Translations under genes and position numbers: made by a program | Assembly: GCA_963823665.1 (NCBI GenBank) | Contig: CAWGMQ010000006.1 | Coordinates: 128,001-192,000 of the forward strand | Reading direction: 5' to 3' | DNA: 64,000 nt | DNA from: an uncultured Planctomycetota bacterium | GTDB taxonomy: Bacteria; Planctomycetota; Planctomycetia; Isosphaerales; Isosphaeraceae | Notes under the pieces: generated by a model | Told to the model about the DNA's origin: nothing | The model's input: the letters and a program-made list of their open reading frames with translations, nothing else | The model's database searches: none | Shown: positions 49,923 through 59,465 of the stretch, piece after piece | Position numbering within the stretch: position 1 is the first letter of the stretch | How the letters are laid out: every line of letters begins with the position of its first letter

Positions 49923-50554
49923 CGTCGGGATTTGCCGGCTCGTCAAAGGCGACCTCGATCCGCGAGAGTGCGTACTCTATCCAGCCAAGAGCGACTGTCA
50001 AGCTCGGTTGACTTCGCCCCGGCCGCCCGGGTGCACGCCAGCCTTTGCGCACGTCGTTGGAGGGGTGAATTCGTCAACGGGAGAATCCCAGATTCTATGG
50101 CACTCTGCGATGGCCAGCGCCCACCAGTTCGTTTTGTATTTTCGACGCGCGGCCTTTCTCCACAAGGATTAAGGGATCGAACCATTATGCCTCGACGGCA
50201 GTCCCGCCCGCCGTCAGTTCGTGATTGCTTCAGTGTCTTATCCCCTCATGTTGCCGGTCAAAGTGGTTCGCTCGGAAAATAAAATCCTCCGAGCGGTGCA
50301 TCTTCCCCCAAAAACGCCGGTGCGGCCATGAGCCGGCCCCACCGGCTGCAATTCACCCGCACACTAGGTCCTCATGTACAATACGCGATGACTATGCGGA
50401 TTCGCGGCTCGGTCGACCAGGAAATTTACAGAAAGATTCCGGGTTCCAGCGACGCGATCGATTAGCGAAGAAAATTGATTCTGTAAGCGCGCGCCGGCGT
50501 CAGTCACCCGAACTCGAAAAGGCCCCGATCGGACACCCACCTGACCATTCCGGT

Positions 50555-51972
50555 TCATTCTATCCGATCACGCCGCCCCGTCGCGACCTTGGGGTCGTTC
50601 GTCCCCTCCGCACACTGACGCAGCACCGATGCCGTCGGATCGGCCCGATACCGCTCCTCACCCGCACACCGCGGTAATACCCGGTTGTACAGCAAAATGA
50701 CCGACGCCTTGGGCCGGTAGCCCCGGTGCCGCTCGATCTCCTGCATCACCTCCAGCAGCGGCCGCCCCTTCACCGCGAACTGGTAGATTCCCATCCACGC
50801 CGGAGACCGGTCCATGCACCCGTGGCAATGCACCAGGATCGGCCACGCACTCTCATCCTGCGCAACCGCCAGGGTCTTGTCCAGAAATGCATTCGAGGCT
50901 TCTTCCGACGGCTCGCTCGGGCTGCCCAGGTACCGGATCTCGTGCTCACGCGCAAAATTGATCTCCGCCGGCGAGATCGGGCTCCCCTGCGCCGTCTCTT
51001 CCGGAAACAAGTTGATGATCGTCCGGAACGGAATCCGCGCGTATTCCACCTCGAGCCCCCGCACCGTTGGCATCGCGCTCATGTAGATCTTTCCCGGCTC
51101 GACCGCCTTGAATCGCGCCAGCGGCCGGTGATACCACGTCAGGTCGATCGCCCCGATCACAAGCACCAGCCACACCACCGACACCGCCGGCAGCACCAGC
51201 CACTTGCTCGTTCGCGATTTGAACAACGGCACAACTTCGATCAAAAGCGCCAGGTCCATCGCCAGCATCGCCCAGATCATCGCCCACCGCGGCCAGTACC
51301 CCGCCGGCTCGACCCCAGGAATCTCCACCTGCCGTAACAAGGCCAGAACTCCCGCCGCGACCCAGAGACCAAGCGTCCCCTTTCGATGCGCCGCCCGATG
51401 AGATCCCCGAGCTTGCTTCGTAGCAGGCACACTCCGTGTGCCGCCCGCTCTTTTCGATGCGCCTCCTCGATCGGGTCCCTCAGCTTGCGCCGTTGCACCC
51501 AAAGATTGCCCCCGATCACGCCTCCGATCGCAATCGCCGCCGCCAGCAGCCCCGCGCGCACCGCAGCGGGTGCGTCCGGGTTTGCAATCGATCGCCATCC
51601 CAGGCCGTACCAACCGTCAAACGTGGGCCCCGGCGTCCCGCTATACCACAGCGCCCCCGCCGCGAGCGCAATGGCTGCCGGCCAGCACCCGCCGCCGCGC
51701 GAAAGTGCCAGACCACTCGCCGCCATCACCAGCCCCGCCGCCGAGAAGTAGATCATGATCCGGTCGAGCGTATCCCCCGGCTCCGCCAGCCGGTACGCCG
51801 CAGCCGGCACTCGGCTGAACGTCGGCCGGATCACATTCGGGAACTCGACGTCGAGGTCTTCGTCGAAATCGACAACGTGCCACACCGCCGGGATCAGCGT
51901 GAGCAGAAGCACCAACCAAGGCCAGAACCGGCGTAAGAGGCGTCGCGCATTCATCCCGTCCTCGGTGCCCAT
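50555..51972 (-). CDS. Multi-TM membrane protein with a C-terminal dual-specificity/tyrosine-phosphatase domain; frameshift near 51390-51450
   Basis: VEPGKIYMSAMP, RTIINL, PILVHCHGCMDRS (CX5R); the N-terminal TMs are in ORF 51277..52155. Confidence 0.8.
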
Positions 51973-52009
51973 CTCATGTTCCTCCTTGAAGCAAATCAAT
52001 GTTGATGTT

Positions 52010-52936
52010 TTATGCAACTTGCGCGTCCAGTTCGCTCCAGAAGAAATAGTCGTTGCTGTTGGTTGGGTGCTTCCGAACCTGCTCTTCCAGCACTTCGAAG
52101 AAGTGCCCGACCCAGCGAGCGGCTTCGCCTCGCTCGGGCGCATCCTTGGGCACATGAAATGCCGGCCGGAACTCCATGTGATAGCGTCCGTTCGGTTCCA
52201 TCCGGCAGAAGACCATCACGACCGGCGCCTCGGTGAGCGCGGCCAGCACCACCCAGGTCGTCGAGAATCGCATCCGCCGGCCCAGGAATTCCGCAGTTTC
52301 GGTCAGCTTCCCCGTCCAGCGGACGTCTCCCGCCAGATACAGCAAAAGCCCCGCCCGGATCGCCCTCGTGGCGCGGAGGATCGAGCTCGCCGAGTCGGCC
52401 GGCACACCCTGTCTCGAAATGAACAGCTTGTCCTGTCCCAGCGGGCCGTCTGTCTGAAAATGCCGCGACATGTACCGCGAAATGTGCCTCGGACGCTCCA
52501 TGTAAAACCGAACCGGATAGCTCGCCCGGAAGAGCCAGTGCGCCGGCAGCAGATGGGCCCCGAAGTGGTTGGCCAGCACGATGCATCCCTTCCCCTCGCC
52601 CATGGCCGCTTCCAGATGCTCTTTACCCTCCACGGTAAACATCTCGAGCGCTCGTTCGTCGGGAACCCCGTCCAGCAAGAGGTCGCGTGTCCGCCACAAC
52701 ACGTGGTTGCCCGCAAGCTCGCGGCTGACCTGGCGCGCGTCCCAGTCTCCGGCAAGCACCGTTCGCCCTTGCGCAACCGCCGCGTCGAACGTCTGCCGGA
52801 GTGTGGGGCTTAGCCGGTACTCGAGCCGGCCGATTCCCGATACCACCCGCGACGCCATCGGAAGTGGCAGGGCCCTGAAGACCGGCAGCACGGCCTTGAG
52901 AAAAGTCTTGCGGATGTTGAGCCCCCGCCGTTCCAT
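52010..52936 (-). CDS. LpxL/HtrB-like lipid acyltransferase
   Basis: VEGKEHLEAAMGEGKGCIVLANHFG, LAGD, AEFLG, LEEQVRKHP. Confidence 0.85.
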   Translation of the reverse strand: MERRGLNIRKTFLKAVLPVFRALPLPMASRVVSGIGRLEYRLSPTLRQTFDAAVAQGRTVLAGDWDARQVSRELAGNHVLWRTRDLLLDGVPDERALEMFTVEGKEHLEAAMGEGKGCIVLANHFGAHLLPAHWLFRASYPVRFYMERPRHISRYMSRHFQTDGPLGQDKLFISRQGVPADSASSILRATRAIRAGLLLYLAGDVRWTGKLTETAEFLGRRMRFSTTWVVLAALTEAPVVMVFCRMEPNGRYHMEFRPAFHVPKDAPERGEAARWVGHFFEVLEEQVRKHPTNSNDYFFWSELDAQVA

Positions 52937-52947
52937 CGACGAACTCC

Positions 52948-53310
52948 TCACGCAACCACCGCGCGGCCCGCGGCTTCCGAAAATCGGCCAGCGTCGCCCC
53001 GCGACCCGTAGGGTCCGCCGTTGCGGACCATCCCCGCCCCGTTGCAGCCCGTATCCTCCCGCCTCGCCTCCAGATACTCCACAATATCGGCCACGCGGCA
53101 CAAGTTTGGCACAGCATCCTCATCAAAGACAACGTCAAAATGGTCCTGAACCGAAAGGACCAGACTGACCAGATCGAGCGAATCGATCGCAAGATCTTCG
53201 ACCAGCCGCGATTCCGGCCCGATCGCGATCTTCCCCGGTACCTTCGCAGACCGGCGCACAATCGCCGTGACTTGATCGATCAGGCTGTCGCGCTCACTTG
53301 CCGCGATCAT
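52948..53310 (-). CDS. Acyl carrier protein with a ~40-aa C-terminal tail
   Basis: LVEDLAIDSLDLVSLV phosphopantetheine site; ATGA overlap with the fabF-like gene. Confidence 0.88.
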   Translation of the reverse strand: MIAASERDSLIDQVTAIVRRSAKVPGKIAIGPESRLVEDLAIDSLDLVSLVLSVQDHFDVVFDEDAVPNLCRVADIVEYLEARREDTGCNGAGMVRNGGPYGSRGDAGRFSEAAGRAVVA

Positions 53311-54566
53311 GACGCCAGCCTCCTCAGAATCAAGGCATTGTTCGTTCCGCCGAACCCAAACGCGGCGCTCAGCACGTTCTCCAGCCGAGCCGCCCGCGCC
53401 TCCCCAGGCACATAGTCGAGATCAAGCTCCTCGTCCGGCAGAAAATTGATCGTCGGCGGGATGAGCTGTTCCCGCAAAGCCCGCACCGCGACCGCCGCTT
53501 CAATCGCCGACGCCGCCCCCAGACTGTGCCCGATTGCCCCTTTGATCGAGCTGATCGGTAACCGAGACGCCCCTTCGCCCCAGACGTCCTTGATGACCTG
53601 CGTCTCCACCCGATCGTTCACCACCGTGCTCGTGCCGTGCGCGTTGTAATAATCAATCGCTTCCGGTTTGATCCCTGCCCGCGCGATCGCCGTCTCCAGG
53701 CACGTCACAATCCGCTCCCGGCACGGCATCGCCATATGGTGGCCGTCCGAATTCGTCGCCCATCCCAGCAGCTCCGCCTGCGGCTCCAGTCCCAGCTTCG
53801 CCGCGGCCGATTCCGTCGCCAGCACGAGCGCCCCTGCCCCTTCCGCAAGCACAAAGCCCCCTCGGTCGCGGCTAAAAGGCCGGCTCCCCTGCCCCGGGTC
53901 GTCTTCCGACCGATCGCCCGCCTTGCGGCCCAAGAGCGCCTTCATGGTCGCGAACCCGTTGATGACTGCCGGCGTGAAGGCACTTTCCCCAGCGCCGCAG
54001 ATCGCCACATCGGCTTCGCCCGATCTCAGAAACATCGCCCCGATCACCACAGCATGCCCGCCCGACGCACACGCGTTCGCCGGCGCCGCACTCGGTCCAT
54101 ACAAACGAAGCTGCTGCGCGATCTGCCCTGCCGCTTGATTGATGATCATCCCCGGCACGAGATACGGGCTCGCCGCCAGACTCCGCCGATGGCTCATCCG
54201 CTCCTGTTCCGCCGACAGCAGATCGAGCCCTCCAAAAGCCGACCCAACCACAACCGCCACCCGCCCCCGGTCAATCCATTCTTCCTTCCGGTCCAGCCCG
54301 GCATCGCCATACGCCTGCCGCGCGGCCGCCATCGCCAGATGCAGGAACCGCGCCGATAGCTTCGCAATCGACGGATCCTCCGCCGCTGTACCCGGCCCGA
54401 AGTCCTCCACGATCCCACCCAGATCCTGCAAAAACTCCTCGCTCCTCAGCTCGGCGTGCCGCCGAACACCCGAACGCCCCTCGACCAGCCCCCCCCAGGT
54501 TGAGCCCATGTCCGATCCCAGACACGTCACAGCGCTGTGTCCGACCACGAAGATCCGCTCGGGCAT
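53307..54566 (-). CDS. fabF: Beta-ketoacyl-ACP synthase II-like
   Basis: Cys-His-His triad: ANACASG, NAHGTST, KGAIGHSLGA; FGFGGTN. Confidence 0.9.
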   Translation of the reverse strand: MPERIFVVGHSAVTCLGSDMGSTWGGLVEGRSGVRRHAELRSEEFLQDLGGIVEDFGPGTAAEDPSIAKLSARFLHLAMAAARQAYGDAGLDRKEEWIDRGRVAVVVGSAFGGLDLLSAEQERMSHRRSLAASPYLVPGMIINQAAGQIAQQLRLYGPSAAPANACASGGHAVVIGAMFLRSGEADVAICGAGESAFTPAVINGFATMKALLGRKAGDRSEDDPGQGSRPFSRDRGGFVLAEGAGALVLATESAAAKLGLEPQAELLGWATNSDGHHMAMPCRERIVTCLETAIARAGIKPEAIDYYNAHGTSTVVNDRVETQVIKDVWGEGASRLPISSIKGAIGHSLGAASAIEAAVAVRALREQLIPPTINFLPDEELDLDYVPGEARAARLENVLSAAFGFGGTNNALILRRLAS

Positions 54567-54804
54567 CCACGCCTCCTGATTCCGAAGGGCCGCGGTAACA
54601 AATGTTCCGCTCCGCACCGTCTGCGCAGTCGAATCCGTAGAATCGCCAGCTTCATCCTTTTCGGCACGCTTGCTCCATTCTCTTGAACTCTCTCTCGCCG
54701 TTTCCTCCACTAGCCGATTGACCATCGCCCCGTTCTCGACTAAAGGGAATGTCGATCCCATCAAATCCCGCCACGACGGTCGGCCCCCAGGACAGCGTAA
54801 CATC

Positions 54805-55657
54805 ATGCAGCTCATCAAGTTCACCACCGACGATTCACCCACGCCCTGCACCGGCCTCAAATCGGGCGATACCGTCACCCCGATCGGATCCGATCCTCAA
54901 TGCTTGACTGAAATCTTGCATGCGCGTGATTGCGCCGAGGAGATCAAACGTCGGACTGCGGCGGCGACTCGTACCTATTCGCTGGAGTCGGTTCATTTGC
55001 TGGCGCCTCTGGATGCTCAGGAGGTGTGGGGAGCGGGAGTGACTTACGAGCGGAGCAAGGTCGCTCGCGAGCAGGAGTCGGAGCAAGCGGCGACGTTTTA
55101 CGATCGGGTTTACCGCGCAGCTCGGCCCGAGTTGTTCTTCAAGGCGACCCCGAGCCGGGTCGCCGGCCCTGGCCAGCCGATCCGGGTGCGCCGCGACAGC
55201 CGCTGGTGCGTGCCCGAGCCCGAGCTGGTGCTGGTTCTGAGCCCCGCGCTCGAGATCGTCGGCTTCACGATCGGCAACGATGTGAGTGCCCGAGACATCG
55301 AAGGTGAGAACCCGCTCTACCTGCCTCAGGCGAAGGTTTATGACGCGTGTTGCGCCCTGGGCCCCGCGATCACACTGGTTAGGGCGATGCCCGCCCGCGA
55401 ATCGATCGGCATCAAGATGGAAATCGAGCGCGACTCGGCTGTCGCATTTCGAGGCGGAGACCAGCATCGCGAGGATGGCCCGCCGGTTCGAGGACCTGAT
55501 TGAATGGCTCGGCAGAGACAATATCTTCCCCTCCGGAGTCTTTCTTTTGACGGGAACGGGAATCGTCCCGCCCGATGATTTCACGCTCTGCGCCGGTGAC
55601 GTCGTACGCATCACGATCGACGGCATCGGTACCCTGGTGAACCCGGTTGTCCAGTAG
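54805..55657 (+). CDS. Fumarylacetoacetate hydrolase family protein; frameshift near 55455
   Basis: EVWGAGVTY, RPELFFK, VPEPEL, GNDVSARDIEGENPLYLPQAK, LLTGTG. Confidence 0.9.
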
Positions 55658-55689
55658 CATTCCTCCCCCCTTGTGGCTGGCCTGTCGAA

Positions 55690-55865
55690 AACTTGAAGAA
55701 TAAGGAGCGGAGATTTCCCGCCGCGAATGTTGCGCAAGCTTCCCCCCTTCAGAAGGGGCGGGCCAGGGTGGCCCATTGAGAACTTGCAGAGTAAGGAGCG
55801 GAGATTTCCCGCCGCGAATGTTGCGCCAAGCTTCCCCCCCTTTAGAAGGGGAGGCCAGGGGGGGT
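55690..55865 (+). repeat. Two tandem ~91-bp units, each ending in a REP-like hairpin
   Basis: AACTTG.AGA.TAAGGAGCGGAGATTTCCCGCCGCGAATGTTGCGC.AAGCTTCCCCCC..AGAAGGGG..GGCCAGGG at 55690 and 55781. Confidence 0.85.
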
Positions 55866-57090
55866 CCGTCCCGGCGGCCGCATACTGAGAGTCGCTCGAC
55901 CGCACCACTCCGACTCCTGCTCTTGCTCTTACTCCTACTCTTGCTCATCCTCCGCCCTCCGGGCTCTCAGTTCTTCGAATTTCGTACTTCGAGCTTCGGA
56001 TTTCGTCCCCAAGTTCGTTTTGTACATTCGTCGCGCGTCCTTTCCCAGCAAGGATTAAGGGAACAGCCCGTGTGCACTCCGTCCCCCTCGTTGGGGACTT
56101 GCCGCGTTCGGCGGCGGCGGCGGCGCACCGACGAGAAGCCGCCAACCTCGCCGCAGGCCGTCAGTTCGTTTTGTTGATTTGACGATGCTCTCTTGACTGT
56201 AAGGAGTAAGGGAGCGCACGGTCATCGCCGTCAGCGTGCCTGGGAGTGTCCGCGTGCCGGTTCTGTGCATTGACGCAGTTGGTCTCCTTTGCGCCGTTCC
56301 GCCTTTGTGTGAACTCATCTTCGACTTTCATCTCAAAAGTCCGGCTCGGCCGAGTCATTCCCTTAACCGGGCTCCGCTTCTTTGCGCCCTTGCGCCTTTG
56401 CGTGAGCTCATCTCTGCCAAGGCGGTCCGAATCTCCTCGAAACCAGCCCGAAAAACCAGTCCCCAAACATAGTGAACAACCCCAGCGAAAAAAAATGGCA
56501 ATCTTGAGTGACCATTGCCAAGATTGTTTGGCGCCTCCGAAAGAATGCATTGTTCTTGTCCTAGTCGATTACGCTCATTGCACTTGTAGAGAATAAGCGC
56601 CGTCCGAATCGCTCCCCACACGCCTGGAAAAAATGGCAAAAAGTGGCAATCCTACGAGGGTCTTCAAGCATTTGTACACTAGTGTATTCCTCCCCCTTTG
56701 TGGGGATGGTGCCAGTCGACGATGGACGGCCGGTGCGCGGAAGCCCGCGGAGACAACCTCCAGGGACACCGAGCCCGTCAACCAATCCAGATCCAAATTC
56801 AAAAACCAAAACACAGCTCCAGAATTGCTCCGCCCCAGAGACCCGCATGCCACACGCACTGGGCTCCCCTGGGGCATAACTTCCCCCTACGGAAATGATC
56901 TACAAAACCCCCGTCTTTTTTGCACTGCCTCGAAAAGAATTCCCGCTTTTCCATCAACCCCGGTCCGAATAAACGTGTCGTACCGCACAGCGCGAAAAAA
57001 CGGGCGCGCAAGCCGCAGCATTCCTCCCGCCCCGGTGGGGAGGTGCCGCCTAGGGCGCCGAAGACGGGCTCGCATGTGAGCCATGCGATG

Positions 57091-57185
57091 GGCGCGATTC
57101 TCCGACCCGCGCGTTGGGCGCGGGTCTCCGACCCCGCGTTCGGCGCGGGTCTCCGACCCCGCCCTGCCTTCGACCGAAGGTCTCC
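57091..57185 (+). repeat. Tandem ~25-bp palindromic repeats
   Basis: GGCGCGGGTCTCCGACCCCGC at 57117 and 57142, plus a degenerate copy at 57091. Confidence 0.8.
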
Positions 57186-58462
57186 ACTTCTTCGCCCGCT
57201 GTCGCCAGCACCGATTACCGTCCTCCGTCCTCCGCCCTCCGCCCTGATTCCTGCCCTCGGCGTTTACGCCCACGACACACGCATCGCACTTCCCAAATAA
57301 GCAGAAGTGAATGAGACAAAATGAGACGAAATGAGACGCCTGACCCAAAATCCGTCTCATTTTGACTGCCGTTTCGGGCCTCGTCCCACGGCTCGTAAAA
57401 ACACTCTTCGGCAGCATGGAAGTGCTAAGAAACAAAGAGGATAACGCCACCAATCCCGCTCGACGATCGCGCGGTCCGCCGGGTGAAAACCCATCCTCAG
57501 CGTCGGCCAGGGCCGTCTCACGCCCGTCTCCGCTCGAAAACGCACGGAATCCCGTCGCGCCAAGCTCGCCCATTCCAGACGCAATCCGACCCCTTCTTTC
57601 CCACTCCAAGCGGCTGTTGAGCACGCGCGCAGGACGCGCAGCATACGCAAGAATGAACAAATGAATCATTCCCCGGTTCCAGAGGGCGAGAGAGAAGAAG
57701 AGAAATAAGAAAATGAGGACGAAACGAACGAGGTGGTTGTCAATGCCCCGCGCCGACTCCGGTGTCAGCGATCGAGACTCAGATACATAGATTATATGAC
57801 GAACCCCGTGAATTGGCTCGTTTGTCGATCGGGAAATCTGGATTTCTCCTGCGGGTCAGAGCGACTACAACGATCAGCACGATCGCAATGAATAAACGGG
57901 AAAGCTCCGAGCACGGAGTCTGGCAGAAACTGGCGTTCCCAATCGCCCGGCAATCGAGGGCGAAGCTCGGCCTGATCTTGCCAGGTGACACCCGTGAGCC
58001 GCCTTCGGCCCGCTTGCCTCCTTCAACCGATGTCGCCCAGAGCCTGATCTCCGTGCCCGCGCGCCGCCCTGATTTCCATCCTCCGCCCTCCATCCTCCGT
58101 CCTCCGCCCTAGCTGCCATCCTCCCGCCGCACCCGCGGCGGCCACCCGCGCGGGAATTGCCCCATCCGTTCGGTGCGACCTCCTGAACGACATCGCTCCC
58201 GGAGAAACCATGCGGAAACAGCCGGTCAAATTCCTCGACGAGGAGCGCTTCAGGGTAAGAATTGAAGTCTGAATCGAGCATTGATTGACGACCTCGCAGA
58301 CAACTCGACGATACGCGTCAATCGCGACTCCTCGATAGACTTCACCATCGACGTGAAGGTTCACCACCGTGACCAGCGAATCCCGTGTCCAGAACCGCCG
58401 CAACCACCTTTTGAATCGACTTAGGGCGGACGGTTACCCGCCCAACCATCGCCGACCCATCT

Positions 58463-58783
58463 TCACGACGGCATACCGCCGAGCTCATCGATCACTTCAG
58501 CGATCGCCGGTCGCTGGCTCGGATCGAGCCGGATGCATCGCACGATTAGCTCCAGCCAGGACGAGAAAAACCGATCGCGCACCAACAGCTCGTGCGGATC
58601 TTCCTGGCCTATCGGCGGCGCTCAAAGTTCGAAACCGTCGGTCTTCGCAGCTTCGCGCAAATGTTCCAGCCACGATCGGTCGGGGTCGCATCACAACAAA
58701 AGCGGCGGCGGCGCAGACTTGTGGCCCAGAACCTCGTGAACGGTGAAGCAAAGCCAATCTCGAAAAGTACCGTGCGCTGACAT
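58463..58783 (-). pseudogene. Relic resembling a BREX PglZ N-terminus joined to a protein-kinase-like C-terminal tail
   Basis: Manual translation: MSAHGTFRDWLCFTVHEVLGHKSAPPPLLL*CDPDRSWLEHLREAAKTDGFEL*APP...ELIVRCIRLDPSQRPAIAEVIDEL; in-frame TGA at 58691-58693 and 58622-58624. Confidence 0.45.
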
Positions 58784-58838
58784 CGTTGGCCCGATTCTGA
58801 CCGACCCTCCCGTGGGAGTCTTTCGCTTGAGCGCTCAC

Positions 58839-59465
58839 CTACAACCCCGCCGCCTTCGCCAAAGCCAGCATCTCCTCGAGCATCGACCTCAAGTAAGGGC
58901 ACTTCGCGACCGCTATCGCCGGATCAAGCTGTGTGATCAGGCCTTTCCCGTCAGTTACCTTCTTGTAATTCTTCTTCAAGCGCCGTTTGTAAATCGCATC
59001 TAAGAGTTTTGCCGGTGGCTTGACAAAATTGACTTGCTCGGGCTTGGCGATTTTTCCAGGAAGTGCTTCTTTCACTTCGGTCGCGAAAATCTCCGGCTGA
59101 CTGAGCAACCAGGCCTCGAATTCGTGCACAGCGAAGAACATCCGAAACCTCGGCCGGCCAACCTGCTCCTGAAAATGCTGAACACCCCATTCGTATCGCT
59201 CTTGAGCAGAGCCCACGTTGCTCGGATAGAACGTCGGACCATACAGGTCGAGAAGCCCGATTACGGCGACGATGTCTGTTTGATCCGGCCCGTCCAGGAA
59301 GCTCTGAGCCTTTCGAACAAGCTTGCGAGCCAGTTCAGCCCAACCGTCGAACCGCACCACCTGCATTCCCACGCGCTGCGTGAGTTGCGGATCCAGCCAA
59401 CGTTTGAGAAACGCTGCCGCGGCTTGCTTCTCCGTCTCGCCTTCAACCACCAGGACAAACTTCAT
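58839..59465 (-). CDS. DUF4276-family (TOPRIM/RloB-like) protein
   Basis: VLVVEGETE, GLLDLYG, VHEFEAWLL, PEQVN..PPAK, YKKVTDG, KCPY. Confidence 0.85.
   Translation of the reverse strand: MKFVLVVEGETEKQAAAAFLKRWLDPQLTQRVGMQVVRFDGWAELARKLVRKAQSFLDGPDQTDIVAVIGLLDLYGPTFYPSNVGSAQERYEWGVQHFQEQVGRPRFRMFFAVHEFEAWLLSQPEIFATEVKEALPGKIAKPEQVNFVKPPAKLLDAIYKRRLKKNYKKVTDGKGLITQLDPAIAVAKCPYLRSMLEEMLALAKAAGL

Noticed and set aside
55690..57185. Possible CRISPR array among the tandem repeats
   Set aside because: Only 2-3 copies per motif, no unique constant-length spacers and no cas genes
58140..58440. Gene fragments such as MLDSDF...RLFPHGFSGSDVVQEVAPNGWGNS
   Set aside because: Protein-like for ~45 codons, then runs into repeats; too short to assign
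58463..58783. TGA recoded as Trp or Sec
   Set aside because: Many intact genes here end in TGA; nonsense mutations in a relic are the simpler explanation
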